DNA of 57,425 nt from an uncultured Sphingopyxis sp. GTDB taxonomy: Bacteria > Pseudomonadota > Alphaproteobacteria > Sphingomonadales > Sphingomonadaceae. The translations under genes and the position numbers were made by a program. The stretch is from contig CALFXW010000196.1 of NCBI GenBank assembly GCA_937957805.1, forward strand, positions 1 to 57,425, given 5' to 3'. Every line of letters starts with the position of its first letter. Positions within the stretch are counted from its first letter, which is position 1. The notes below the pieces were generated by a model. The model was given only the letters and a program-made list of their open reading frames with translations, did no database searches and was not told where the DNA came from. This document shows, piece by piece, positions 40,295 to 49,979 of this stretch.

Positions 40295-40399
40295 GCCCTT
40301 GTTTTCTTTCCTGTTTCATTTTCGCCGCTGCGCGCTTGTCGGACGCTGGCCAACCTCTTAAGCCCAATCGGGACAAGAGGCAAAGCAGCGGAGGGTGCG

Positions 40400-41323
40400 A
40401 TGGCAAATATGCGTATTTTGGCAGAGGGACTGCGTTTTCCAGAAGGGCCGGTGGCGATGGCTGACGGCAGCATCATCCTGACCGAGATAGAGGCAGGACG
40501 CATCACCCGCGTCACCCCCGACGGACAGAAACAGATCATCGCCACCCCGGGCGGCGGGCCAAATGGCCTCGCCATCGGGCCGGAAGGCAAGCTATATTGC
40601 TGTAATAATGGCGGTTTCAACTATGTCGAAAGCAACGGCATGCTGGCCCCCCATGGCATCGCCGATGATTATTCGGGTGGGCGGATCGAACGCATCGACA
40701 TTGCCACAGGGGCGGTTGAAACTCTCTATAAATCGGGGGATTTCGGCTGCACGCTACGCGGCCCCAACGACATTGTGTTCGATGGCCATGGCGGCTTTTG
40801 GTTCACCGACCATGGCAAGGTCGATTATGCCAAGCGCTGTCATGACATAGTTGGCATTTTCTATGCCAAGGCGGACGGCAGTTTTATGGAGGAAGTTATC
40901 TTCCCCAGTTACAACCCCAATGGCATCGGCCTGTCCCCCGACGGCAAGACATTATATGCCGCCGAAACATATACTTGCCGCCTGACCGCGTTTAACATCA
41001 TCGCACCGGGCAAGGTGGACGGCGCCGCAGGCCCGGGCGGCCCCGGCATCCCCCTTTATCGCCCCGCCGGCTATAAATTCTTTGATTCGCTGGGGGTGGA
41101 AGCAGGCGGCAATATCTGCGTCGCGACGATTGGCGAATGCGGCATCAGTGTCATTTCCCCAGCAGGCGAATTGGTCGATTTCGTCGGCACCGATGATATT
41201 TTCACCACCAACATCTGCTGGGGCGGGGCAGATATGCAAACCGCCTTTGTCACTTTGTCCGGCACCGGGCGACTGGCGGCGATCGATTGGCCGCGACCGG
41301 GCTTGCGACTGCAATATGGCTGA
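40400..41323 (+). CDS. SMP-30/gluconolactonase/LRE family beta-propeller
   Basis: FPEGP, GPNG, PNDIV..FTD, PNGIGLSPDG, TTNICWGG. Confidence 0.92.
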   Translation: MANMRILAEGLRFPEGPVAMADGSIILTEIEAGRITRVTPDGQKQIIATPGGGPNGLAIGPEGKLYCCNNGGFNYVESNGMLAPHGIADDYSGGRIERIDIATGAVETLYKSGDFGCTLRGPNDIVFDGHGGFWFTDHGKVDYAKRCHDIVGIFYAKADGSFMEEVIFPSYNPNGIGLSPDGKTLYAAETYTCRLTAFNIIAPGKVDGAAGPGGPGIPLYRPAGYKFFDSLGVEAGGNICVATIGECGISVISPAGELVDFVGTDDIFTTNICWGGADMQTAFVTLSGTGRLAAIDWPRPGLRLQYG

Positions 41324-41978
41324 TCCATCCCCCTATCGCGCGGTGCTGTGGGATTTTGGCGGGGTCATCACCGCCTCCCCCTTTGTTGCGTTCAACGCGC
41401 TGGAGTCGGCGCGCGGCCTGCCGCGCGACATCATCCGCCGGATCAACGCCACCAATGCCGATAATAATGCATGGGCGCGCTTTGAACGGGCAGAAATCGA
41501 CGCCGCCACCTTTGACCGCGAATTTGCCGCCGAGGCGCACGCCCATAGGGTAAACCTCGACGGCGCATCGGTCATCGCCTGCCTGTCGGGTGCGGTGCGG
41601 CCACAAATGGTCGCCGCGCTCGACTGGCTGAAGGCAGCGGGCATCGCCATTGGCTGCATCACCAATAATGTGCCTGCCGGTGTCGGCACGGGCATGGCGC
41701 GCGATGCAACAAAGTCCGCAGAAATCAGCGATATTTTGGCGCGCTTTGATGTGCTGTTCGAATCGAGCAAGCTTGGCATCCGCAAACCCGATGCGCGCAT
41801 TTATCAGATGGCGGCGGAGGCGCTCGGCATTGCGCCCGCGCAGTGTATCTACCTCGATGATCTGGGGGTGAATTGCAAAGGCGCGGCGCAATTGGGCATG
41901 GCGGCGATCAAAGTGGGCGATGCGGATGCCGCGCTCGAAGCGCTGTGGAAATTGCTCGGCACTGGGCCTAAAGACTAG
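41316..41978 (+). CDS. HAD-IA family hydrolase (epoxide hydrolase N-terminal phosphatase-like)
   Basis: WDFGGV, ITNN, RKPD..IY, YLDDL..N. Confidence 0.9.
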   Translation: MADPSPYRAVLWDFGGVITASPFVAFNALESARGLPRDIIRRINATNADNNAWARFERAEIDAATFDREFAAEAHAHRVNLDGASVIACLSGAVRPQMVAALDWLKAAGIAIGCITNNVPAGVGTGMARDATKSAEISDILARFDVLFESSKLGIRKPDARIYQMAAEALGIAPAQCIYLDDLGVNCKGAAQLGMAAIKVGDADAALEALWKLLGTGPKD

Positions 41979-42002
41979 CCATATCGCGAAAAGGATCCCC
42001 CT

Positions 42003-42710
42003 ATGAAAAAACTCTTCCCCGATGCCCGCGCCGCGCTCGACGGCGTTATCCGCGACGATATGTTGATTGCGGCGGGCGGATTTGGCCTGTGCGGTATCCC
42101 CGAACGGCTGATCGACGCCATCGTCGCATCGGGGGCAAAGGGGCTGACGGTCGCATCGAATAATGCGGGCATCGACAATGAAGGGCTGGGTAAATTGCTG
42201 CGCAGCCGGCAGATTAAAAAAATGATCTCCTCCTACGTAGGGGAAAATAAGGAATTTGAACGCCAATATCTGGCTGGCGAGCTGGAGGTGGAGTTTTGCC
42301 CGCAGGGGACATTGGCCGAACGCATGCGCGCGGGCGGCGCGGGCATCCCCGGCTTTTACACCCGTACCGGCGTTGGCACCGAAGTTGCCAAGGGCAAGGA
42401 AGTCAAAAGCTTCCATGGACAGGATTATATTTTGGAACAGGGGATTTTTGCCGACCTGTCGATCGTCAAGGCATGGAAGGCGGACGAAAGCGGAAATCTG
42501 ATTTTTCGCAAGACCGCGCGCAATTTTAACATGCCCGCCGCCACCTGCGGCAAAATCTGCGTGGTCGAGGTGGAGGAGGTGGTGCCCGTTGGCGCGCTGA
42601 ACCCCGACGCCATCCACCTGCCCGGCATTTATGTGCAGCGGATGATTATCGGCGCGCCATATGACAAGAAGATTGAGTTTCGTACGGTCAGGACGCGCGA
42701 AGCGGCGTGA
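42003..42710 (+). CDS. scoA: 3-oxoacid CoA-transferase subunit A
   Basis: [36 protein letters not shown]. Confidence 0.95.
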   Translation: MKKLFPDARAALDGVIRDDMLIAAGGFGLCGIPERLIDAIVASGAKGLTVASNNAGIDNEGLGKLLRSRQIKKMISSYVGENKEFERQYLAGELEVEFCPQGTLAERMRAGGAGIPGFYTRTGVGTEVAKGKEVKSFHGQDYILEQGIFADLSIVKAWKADESGNLIFRKTARNFNMPAATCGKICVVEVEEVVPVGALNPDAIHLPGIYVQRMIIGAPYDKKIEFRTVRTREAA

Positions 42711-43528
42711 TGCACCGCAGGCTCGCCCTTACCCTCTGCCTGACACCGCTGCTCACGGGCTGTGTTGCGGCGGTGCTGCCGGTCATTGCGGCAGGCACCA
42801 TCGCGCGACAGGGGGTCGCGGGCGATGATGCCGAAGCGGCACCTGCCACAACCCCAGCTTCGCCGATAAGCGCACAAGCGCAGCCCGCACCAACGCCAGA
42901 CCCGGTTCCCGAAGAGGCGCAGCCTCCGGCGGTTACAACGCCACCTGCGGAGCCGCCAGCAACCAACCCCGCGGCCAATAGCGACAGCGCCGCAATCATC
43001 GCGCATGTGCGGGATCGCGCCGCGCTGGTGGCGGGGGGTGCGCCAGTGCTCAGCCTCGTCCTTGCGGACCCGCTGAGCCTCGCCGAACCGGCCTATGCAC
43101 CATGTGGCGAGCGGCCCGCTGCCGTCATTTTCGATGCGGACCGGGGAAGCGCGGTGCCCGGAGACCTTGCCGATTTGCGCCAATTGACCGCAGCAATCCG
43201 CGCGGTGAACGTCGTCATTTTCTGGGTCAGCGACCGTGGCGAATCTGCCACCGCAACCATTGGTGATGCGCTGGCGGCGGCGGGCATCGACCCCGATCAT
43301 GCCGATAGCATCGTCACCACTCGCCCCGGATTTGAACGCAAGCAATTGTTGCGCCATGGCATTGCGCAAAGCCATTGCGTGTTGGCGCTGGTTGGCGACA
43401 CCCGCGCCGATGCGGACGAAGCCTATGCCTATTTGCGCGACCCGGACAGTCCGCTCGCCATCGATGCCAATTGGGGCAATGGCTGGTTTCTGCTGCCCCT
43501 GCCCGACCTTTCTCCATTTCAGCAATAA
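42710..43528 (+). CDS. Lipoprotein with degenerate HAD acid-phosphatase (class B/e(P4)-like) domain
   Basis: Lipobox LTGC, Pro-rich linker, [33 protein letters not shown]. Confidence 0.7.
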   Translation: MHRRLALTLCLTPLLTGCVAAVLPVIAAGTIARQGVAGDDAEAAPATTPASPISAQAQPAPTPDPVPEEAQPPAVTTPPAEPPATNPAANSDSAAIIAHVRDRAALVAGGAPVLSLVLADPLSLAEPAYAPCGERPAAVIFDADRGSAVPGDLADLRQLTAAIRAVNVVIFWVSDRGESATATIGDALAAAGIDPDHADSIVTTRPGFERKQLLRHGIAQSHCVLALVGDTRADADEAYAYLRDPDSPLAIDANWGNGWFLLPLPDLSPFQQ

Positions 43529-43539
43529 AGAGGATGAAC

Positions 43540-44175
43540 ATGCCCTGGACCCGTGACCAAATGGCCGCCCGCGCTGCCAAGGAATTGCAAGATGGCTATT
43601 ATGTCAATCTGGGTATCGGCATCCCGACTTTGGTTGCCAACCATATACCGCAGGGGGTCGAGGTAACGCTGCAAAGCGAAAATGGCATGCTGGGCATCGG
43701 CCCCTTTCCCTTTGAAGATGAAATCGACCCAGACCTGATCAACGCGGGCAAACAGACGATCAGCGAATTGCCGCAAAGCGCCTATTTCGACAGCGCGGCC
43801 AGCTTTGCGATGATCCGTGGCGGGCATATCGACCTTACCGTGCTTGGCGCGATGGAGGTTGCCGAAAATGGCGATATCGCCAATTGGATGGTGCCCGGCA
43901 AGATGATCAAGGGGATGGGCGGCGCGATGGATCTGGTCGCAGGCGTCAAGAAAATCATCGTCGTGATGGAACATTGCGCCAAGGATGGCAGCCCCAAGTT
44001 CATCCCCGCTTGCACCTTGCCGCTGACCGGCAAAAATGTCGTCGATATGATCATCACCGATTTATGCGTTTTTCATCGCGCCGACCACCAAAGCCCGTTC
44101 AAACTGATCGAACTGGCCGACGGGGTCAGCGCCGACAATGTCGCGGCGAAAACCAGCGCACATTATATCACCTGA
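43540..44175 (+). CDS. scoB: 3-oxoacid CoA-transferase subunit B
   Basis: [15 protein letters not shown] (catalytic Glu), [13 protein letters not shown]. Confidence 0.95.
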   Translation: MPWTRDQMAARAAKELQDGYYVNLGIGIPTLVANHIPQGVEVTLQSENGMLGIGPFPFEDEIDPDLINAGKQTISELPQSAYFDSAASFAMIRGGHIDLTVLGAMEVAENGDIANWMVPGKMIKGMGGAMDLVAGVKKIIVVMEHCAKDGSPKFIPACTLPLTGKNVVDMIITDLCVFHRADHQSPFKLIELADGVSADNVAAKTSAHYIT

Positions 44176-44176
44176 C

Positions 44177-45319
44177 GTGGATAGGGCGGCGATCGAGCAA
44201 CAGGTAAATGCCGCAGCCGGGGCGTTACAGGCGGGTGACGGCGCGCGCGCGCGCGATCTGGTGCGCCCGATTGCCGAAAACCACCCCGGCCATGCGCAAT
44301 TGTGGATGCTCTTGGCAGAGGCTTGCCGGCTCGCAGGCGACATGGCGGGGCTGGAGGGAGCGGCCGACCATCTCGTCGCGCATGAACCGCGCGCCATCCG
44401 CGCCTGGGGGTGGAAGGGGGATGCCCGCCGTGCCGCCGGGGACGCGCGCGTGGCGGCGAGTTGGTACCGCGATGGCTTGCGCCAGGCGGCAGGCTTTCAA
44501 AATATGCCCGATGCGCTGCAGGCAGAGGTGGCACGCCAACGCGATGCGCTGGCCGAGTTGGAGGCGCAGTTTGACGATGCGCTGCGCGCCGGGCTCCATG
44601 CTCGCGGGATAGATGCCGTATCCTCCGCCTTTGCCGAATCGCTCGACCTGCTCGCAGGCAAGGCGCAGATCCAATTACAGCGGCCCAGCGCTTATTATTT
44701 TCCCGGCCTGCCGCAGCGCACATTTTACGAGCGTGATGAATTTGAATGGGCGGCGGCGGTCGAAGCAGCGGCACCAGCCATCCGCGATGAACTGCACGCG
44801 GCATTGGCTGCGGGCGATATTTTCACCCCCTATCTGCAGCCGGCGAGCGACCGGCCCAACCGCGATTTTCACGGCATGGCTGGCAATGCGGATTGGAGCG
44901 CGCTCCACCTCACCGAAAATGGCCAGCCGATAGCCGAACTTGCGGCGCGCTTTCCCGCAACACTGGCGGCAATGGCAGCGCTGCCGCTGTGCCGGATATC
45001 GAGCCGCGCGCCGACGATCATGTTCTCCCGCCTCGCCCCCGGCGCGCAAATCCCCGCGCATCACGGGATGATCAACGGGCGGCTGATTTGCCATTTGCCG
45101 CTGATCGTACCGGGCGATGGCGCGTTGCGCGTCGGCAATCAGACGCGCACATGGTGCTTTGGTGAGTTGCTGATTTTTGATGATTCGATCGAACATGCTG
45201 CGTGGAACCATGCGCTGAACGAGCGTATCGTCTTGATATTCGATGTCTGGCATCCCGCACTCAGCGCGGCAGAATGCACCGCCATCGCTGCGCTGTTCGA
45301 CGTCATCGACGGTGCGTAG
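44177..45319 (+). CDS. TPR-containing aspartyl/asparaginyl beta-hydroxylase-domain (Fe/2OG) protein
   Basis: N-terminal TPR-like helices; MFSRLAPG..IPAHHG, HLPLIVP, FDDSIEH..WN, IFDVWHP. GTG start inferred. Confidence 0.88.
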   Translation: MDRAAIEQQVNAAAGALQAGDGARARDLVRPIAENHPGHAQLWMLLAEACRLAGDMAGLEGAADHLVAHEPRAIRAWGWKGDARRAAGDARVAASWYRDGLRQAAGFQNMPDALQAEVARQRDALAELEAQFDDALRAGLHARGIDAVSSAFAESLDLLAGKAQIQLQRPSAYYFPGLPQRTFYERDEFEWAAAVEAAAPAIRDELHAALAAGDIFTPYLQPASDRPNRDFHGMAGNADWSALHLTENGQPIAELAARFPATLAAMAALPLCRISSRAPTIMFSRLAPGAQIPAHHGMINGRLICHLPLIVPGDGALRVGNQTRTWCFGELLIFDDSIEHAAWNHALNERIVLIFDVWHPALSAAECTAIAALFDVIDGA

Positions 45320-45857
45320 CGTGCGGAATATCTTGCTGACGCTGCTGCTGGCGGTCATTCTGGGGCTGCTGGCTGGCTATTTCTTGGGGCGCCATGCCAG
45401 CGCGCCCGCACCACAGCCGCAACATATTGCCAGCCCCCGGCCCGCCCACCATGCGCGCCAAAATATGCGGCCCGCGGCCGAACCCGGCGGGGACGGGACA
45501 CAGCGGCATTATTTCGCCCGCTGTCATACCGGTGGCGGGCGCAATTGCGTCGTCGATGGCGATACTATCTGGATGGATGGCGAAAAAATCCGCCTTGCCG
45601 ACATTGATACGCCCGAAACCCATCAGGCGCGCTGCCCCTATGAACAGCAATTGGGCGACCGGGCAACCGCACGGCTGCAAAACCTGCTCAACGCGGGGCC
45701 AATCGCACTCGCCCCCGCCGCCAATGGCCGCAGCCACGACCGTTATGGCCGACGGTTGGCGGTGCTGACGCGCGGTGGCCAAAGTCTGGGCATGATTTTG
45801 GTGCGCGAGGGGCTGGCGCGGCGATATTCGGGCGGTCCGCGCGACCCATGGTGTTGA
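45312..45857 (+). CDS. Thermonuclease (SNase-like) family protein, membrane-anchored
   Basis: N-terminal TM, VVDGDT, IRLADIDTPE, DRYGRRL, LVREGLAR. Confidence 0.9.
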   Translation: MRSVRNILLTLLLAVILGLLAGYFLGRHASAPAPQPQHIASPRPAHHARQNMRPAAEPGGDGTQRHYFARCHTGGGRNCVVDGDTIWMDGEKIRLADIDTPETHQARCPYEQQLGDRATARLQNLLNAGPIALAPAANGRSHDRYGRRLAVLTRGGQSLGMILVREGLARRYSGGPRDPWC

Positions 45858-45919
45858 CGGCAAAAAACTGCGCTTCTGCCCTTGTCATCCCCGCCCCGCC
45901 TTTATAGGCGCTAGGCATC

Positions 45920-47347
45920 ATGCCCAAACCCCGCACATTATATGAAAAAATCTGGGATGCGCACGTCGTTGCGCGCCGCGAAGATGGCACCTGCCTGATT
46001 TTCATCGACCGCCATCTCGTCCATGAAGTCACCAGCCCACAAGCCTTTGCCGGCCTTGCCGCAAATGGTCGACAGGTGCGCCGCCCCGACCTGACGCTTG
46101 CCGTGCCCGACCATAATCTGCCGACGACAGCGCGGCTCGATGCGGCGGGTCAGCCCATCCCCATTGCCGATGCCGAAAGCGCTGCGCAGCTCGCCGCGCT
46201 GGAGGCGAATGTTCGCGCCTTTGGCGTGCCCTATATCGGTGCGCATGATGTGCGGCAGGGCATCGTCCATGTCGTCGGCCCCGAACAAGGCTTTACGCTT
46301 CCCGGCACAACGTTGGTTTGCGGCGATTCGCACACTGCCGCGCACGGGGCATTGGGCGCGCTCGCCTTTGGTATCGGGACGAGCGAGGTTGAACATGTGC
46401 TTGCCACCCAGACATTGTGGCTTGCCCCGTCCAAAGCCATGGCGGTGGTGGTGGAGGGTGCACTGGCCCCCGGCGTTACGGCCAAGGATGTCATCCTCCA
46501 CATCATCGGTCGGATTGGCACCGCTGGCGGCACTGGCCATGTCATTGAATTTATGGGTTCAACTATCCGAAGCATGGGGATGGAGGAGCGGCTGACGATA
46601 TCCAACATGGCGATAGAGGGGGGCGCGCGCGCCGGACTGATCGCCCCCGATGCCGTCACCTTTACCTATCTGCAGGGGCGGCCGATGGCCCCCAAGGGCA
46701 CAGATTGGGACGCGGCGCTGCGCCATTGGCAAAGCCTGCCGACCGATGCCGACGCAGTTTTTGACCGGCGCGTCGAAATCAATGCCCCCGACATTGCGCC
46801 CAGTGTCACCTGGGGCACCAGCCCTGAGGATGTCGTGTCGATCACCGGCCATGTGCCCGCACCTGAAAGCTTTGCCGACCCGGCCAAGCAGGATGCGGCG
46901 CGCGCCAGCCTCGCCTATATGGGGTTGGAAGCGGGCACCGCGATGCAGGATATTGCGATTGAAAATATCTTCATCGGCAGCTGCACCAACAGCCGGATAG
47001 AGGATTTGCGCGCCGCCGCCGCCATTTTGCGCGGACGGCGCAAGGCGGCAAATGTCCGCTGGGCGATCGTCGTGCCCGGCTCCGGCCTCGTCAAAGCGCA
47101 GGCGGAGGCAGAGGGGCTGGATCGCATATTCACCGATGCCGGATTTGAATGGCGCGAACCGGGCTGTTCGGCGTGCCTGGGCATGAACCCGGACAAGGTG
47201 CCGACGGGGGAACGCTGTGCTTCCACCTCCAACCGCAATTTCGTCGGGCGGCAAGGGCCGGGTAGCCGAACCCACCTCCTCTCCCCCGCCATGGCGGCGG
47301 CAGCGGCGGTGCGTGGCAGATTAGCCGATGTGCGTGAATATCTCTAA
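45920..47347 (+). CDS. leuC: 3-isopropylmalate dehydratase large subunit
   Basis: [34 protein letters not shown]. Confidence 0.98.
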   Translation: MPKPRTLYEKIWDAHVVARREDGTCLIFIDRHLVHEVTSPQAFAGLAANGRQVRRPDLTLAVPDHNLPTTARLDAAGQPIPIADAESAAQLAALEANVRAFGVPYIGAHDVRQGIVHVVGPEQGFTLPGTTLVCGDSHTAAHGALGALAFGIGTSEVEHVLATQTLWLAPSKAMAVVVEGALAPGVTAKDVILHIIGRIGTAGGTGHVIEFMGSTIRSMGMEERLTISNMAIEGGARAGLIAPDAVTFTYLQGRPMAPKGTDWDAALRHWQSLPTDADAVFDRRVEINAPDIAPSVTWGTSPEDVVSITGHVPAPESFADPAKQDAARASLAYMGLEAGTAMQDIAIENIFIGSCTNSRIEDLRAAAAILRGRRKAANVRWAIVVPGSGLVKAQAEAEGLDRIFTDAGFEWREPGCSACLGMNPDKVPTGERCASTSNRNFVGRQGPGSRTHLLSPAMAAAAAVRGRLADVREYL

Positions 47348-47371
47348 GTGGGGGCAAAGGGAGTGGCAAAG

Positions 47372-48238
47372 ATGAAGACCGGCAAGCATTTGTTCATGGC
47401 CATATCCGCACTGGCGCTCAGCCTCGCCGCCGCGGGCTGTGCCAAGGCGCAGTCGAGCGCGCCTGCAACCCCTGCGACCCTGACGCTGACCCGGCTCGAC
47501 TGCGGCACGATCATGGTCAACGACCTCAACCTATTTTCGGATACAGATGCTTTCCTCGGCGCGCAACGGCAATTGGTCGATAGCTGTTACCTCATCCGCC
47601 ATGGCGATACATATATGCTGTGGGACACGGGGCTGCCCGCCAGCCTGATCGGCGCGGTGCGCGAACAGGGCGAACCGATGGTGCCCGCCATGACCATCAG
47701 CATCAGCGACCAACTGGCGCGGCTCGGCGTGCGCCCCGACCAGATTTCGATCATTGCGATCAGCCACCGCCATTTTGACCATATCGGCCAGATCGGTGAT
47801 TTTCCCAACGCGCGACTGCTGATCGGGGCGGGCGACTGGAACGACATCCGCAGCGAAGGCTTGGCCAATGAAGAAAACGCCCCCTTTGCCCATTGGCTGA
47901 CAGGCGGTGGCAATGTCGATCCGGTTGCGGGCGACCGCGATATTTTCGGTGATGGCAGCGTGGTGATGCTCAACATGCCGGGGCATACCAGCGGCCACCA
48001 CAGCTTGCTGGTGCGGCTGGCGGCGATGGGGCCGGTGTTGCTGACCGGCGACCTTGCCCATTTTCAGGAGAATTATGACCAGAATGGCGTGCCGATTTTC
48101 AACGCCGACCGCGCCGATACGCTCGCCTCGTTCGACCGCTTCAAGGCACTGGCGCGCAATTTGCGCGCGACGGTCATCATCCAGCATGAAGCAGGCGATG
48201 TCGGTAAATTGCCCGCCTTTCCCGCCGCAGCGCAATAA
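47372..48238 (+). CDS. N-acyl-homoserine lactonase family metallo-beta-lactamase-fold lipoprotein
   Basis: Signal with lipobox-like AAGC, LWDTG, SHRHFDH, PGHTSGH, LTGDLAH, IIQH. Confidence 0.85.
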   Translation: MKTGKHLFMAISALALSLAAAGCAKAQSSAPATPATLTLTRLDCGTIMVNDLNLFSDTDAFLGAQRQLVDSCYLIRHGDTYMLWDTGLPASLIGAVREQGEPMVPAMTISISDQLARLGVRPDQISIIAISHRHFDHIGQIGDFPNARLLIGAGDWNDIRSEGLANEENAPFAHWLTGGGNVDPVAGDRDIFGDGSVVMLNMPGHTSGHHSLLVRLAAMGPVLLTGDLAHFQENYDQNGVPIFNADRADTLASFDRFKALARNLRATVIIQHEAGDVGKLPAFPAAAQ

Positions 48239-48247
48239 GGACAGGCT

Positions 48248-48844
48248 ATGCAAGCGACGCGCATGATTTCAGGCCGCGCCATCCCTTGGGGCGCCAAAAA
48301 TATCGACACCGACATCATCATCCCGGCCAAATGGTTGAAAACAATCAGCCGCGACGGACTGGGCCGGGGGGCGTTTGAAAGCGTGCGCGCCGTGCCCGGC
48401 AATATTTTAGACGCGCCCGAAAATCAGGGTGCGCCGATATTGCTGGCGGGGGATAATTTCGGCTGTGGCTCCAGCCGCGAACATGCCGCATGGGCGATGC
48501 TCGACATGGGGTTGCAGGCGGTGATCGCACCCAGTTTTTCCGACATTTTTTCGGGCAATGCGTTCAAAAATGGCGTGCTCGCCGTCACGCTCTCCGAGCA
48601 GGATATTGCGCGGCTGATGGCGGTGGCGGCCGATGGTGCCACCATCACCATCGACCTTGAGAATCAGGTCGTCACTAGTGATCGGCAGGATCGTTTCGCC
48701 TTTGCCATCGACCCGTTTCGCAAAATGTGCCTGATGCGGGGGCTGGATGAAATCGCGCTCACGCTGGCAGAGGACGGCGCGATTGCCGTGCACGAAGCCC
48801 GCCAAGCCCAAACCGCCCCCTGGCTGGTGCCGGCTCAAGGATAA
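48248..48844 (+). CDS. leuD: 3-isopropylmalate dehydratase small subunit
   Basis: [25 protein letters not shown]. Confidence 0.97.
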   Translation: MQATRMISGRAIPWGAKNIDTDIIIPAKWLKTISRDGLGRGAFESVRAVPGNILDAPENQGAPILLAGDNFGCGSSREHAAWAMLDMGLQAVIAPSFSDIFSGNAFKNGVLAVTLSEQDIARLMAVAADGATITIDLENQVVTSDRQDRFAFAIDPFRKMCLMRGLDEIALTLAEDGAIAVHEARQAQTAPWLVPAQG

Positions 48845-48969
48845 TATCCAAGCATAAGTCTCTGGTGCTTGCGCTTTCCATACCGCTCTTTAGAAATATT
48901 GCCACGACCTGCCGATTCATGGCGGCGGAAACAATGGCATAGTTGCGATATTGGCGGGAGGATGGGTTT

Positions 48970-49971
48970 ATGAAGGCGTTGATCAGCACGGCATGCGGCG
49001 GGCCCGAAACCCTTGTTCTGGGTGAATTGCCCGACCCGGTGGCGGGCGAGGGGCAGTTATTGGTCGGTGTCCACGCCTGTTCGATCAACTTTCCCGATAC
49101 GCTGATCATCGTCGATAAATATCAATTCCGTCCCGAACGCCCCTTTGCACCGGGCGGCGAAGTGGCAGGCGTGGTGCGTGCGGTGGGCGCAGGTATCAGC
49201 GGCTTTGCGGTGGGTGACCGGGTGATCGCCGCCTGCGGCAATGGCGGGCTGGCACAGCAGGTGGCGGTGCGCGCTGCCAATGCCTATGCCCTGCCCGCGA
49301 CGCGCAGCTTTGCCGAGGGGGCGAGCCTCTTGATGACCTATGGCACCTCTATCCACGCGCTCAAGGACAGGGGGCGGCTGCAAGCGGGTGAAACATTGCT
49401 GGTGCTTGGCGCTGCGGGCGGGGTTGGCCTAGCCGCGGTGGAAATTGGCAAGGCGATGGGCGCGCGCGTTATCGGCGCGGTGTCGAGCGTGGAGAAGGCC
49501 GATCTGGTGCGCGCGGCGGGCGCGGATGATTGCATCATCTATCCCCAGCAACCCTTTGACAAGGACGCGTCCAAGGCGCTCGCCGAACAATTTAAGGCAG
49601 CAGTCGGCCCCAAGGGGGCGGATGTTATTTATGATGCGGTGGGCGGTGACTATGCCGAACCCGCACTGCGTTCGATCGCGTGGGAGGGGCGGTTTCTGGT
49701 CGTCGGTTTCCCCGCTGGCATTCCCAAATTGGCGCTCAACCTCACCCTCCTCAAAAGCTGCGACGTTTGCGGCGTGTTCTGGGGCGCATTTGCCGCGCGC
49801 GATCCAGAGGGGAACCGCGCCCATATCAGCCAATTATTCGACTGGTGGGCGGCGGGCAAAATCCAGCCGCGCATCACCGCCACCTATCCGCTAGAACGGG
49901 GGGGGGAGGCGATCGCCGCGCTGGGCGATCGCAAGGCGGCGGGTAAGCTGGTGGTGGAGATTAAACCCTAA
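48970..49971 (+). CDS. NADPH:quinone oxidoreductase (MDR/zeta-crystallin family)
   Basis: INFPD, PGGE, GAAGGVG, DAVGG, VGF, GKLVV. Confidence 0.92.
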   Translation: MKALISTACGGPETLVLGELPDPVAGEGQLLVGVHACSINFPDTLIIVDKYQFRPERPFAPGGEVAGVVRAVGAGISGFAVGDRVIAACGNGGLAQQVAVRAANAYALPATRSFAEGASLLMTYGTSIHALKDRGRLQAGETLLVLGAAGGVGLAAVEIGKAMGARVIGAVSSVEKADLVRAAGADDCIIYPQQPFDKDASKALAEQFKAAVGPKGADVIYDAVGGDYAEPALRSIAWEGRFLVVGFPAGIPKLALNLTLLKSCDVCGVFWGAFAARDPEGNRAHISQLFDWWAAGKIQPRITATYPLERGGEAIAALGDRKAAGKLVVEIKP

Positions 49972-49979
49972 CCCGCCCG

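Noticed and set aside
40325-40391. Nested inverted repeats between the ALDH and lactonase genes
   Set aside because: A likely promoter lies within them, so the stems would not be in one transcript; the 6-7 bp matches are weak.
41250-42617. Long antisense ORFs (455 aa here; also 14311-15402, 30469-31518, 34151-35149, 36870-37853, 53612-54979)
   Set aside because: They mirror well-supported genes on the opposite strand, have no motifs, and are expected from high-GC codon bias.
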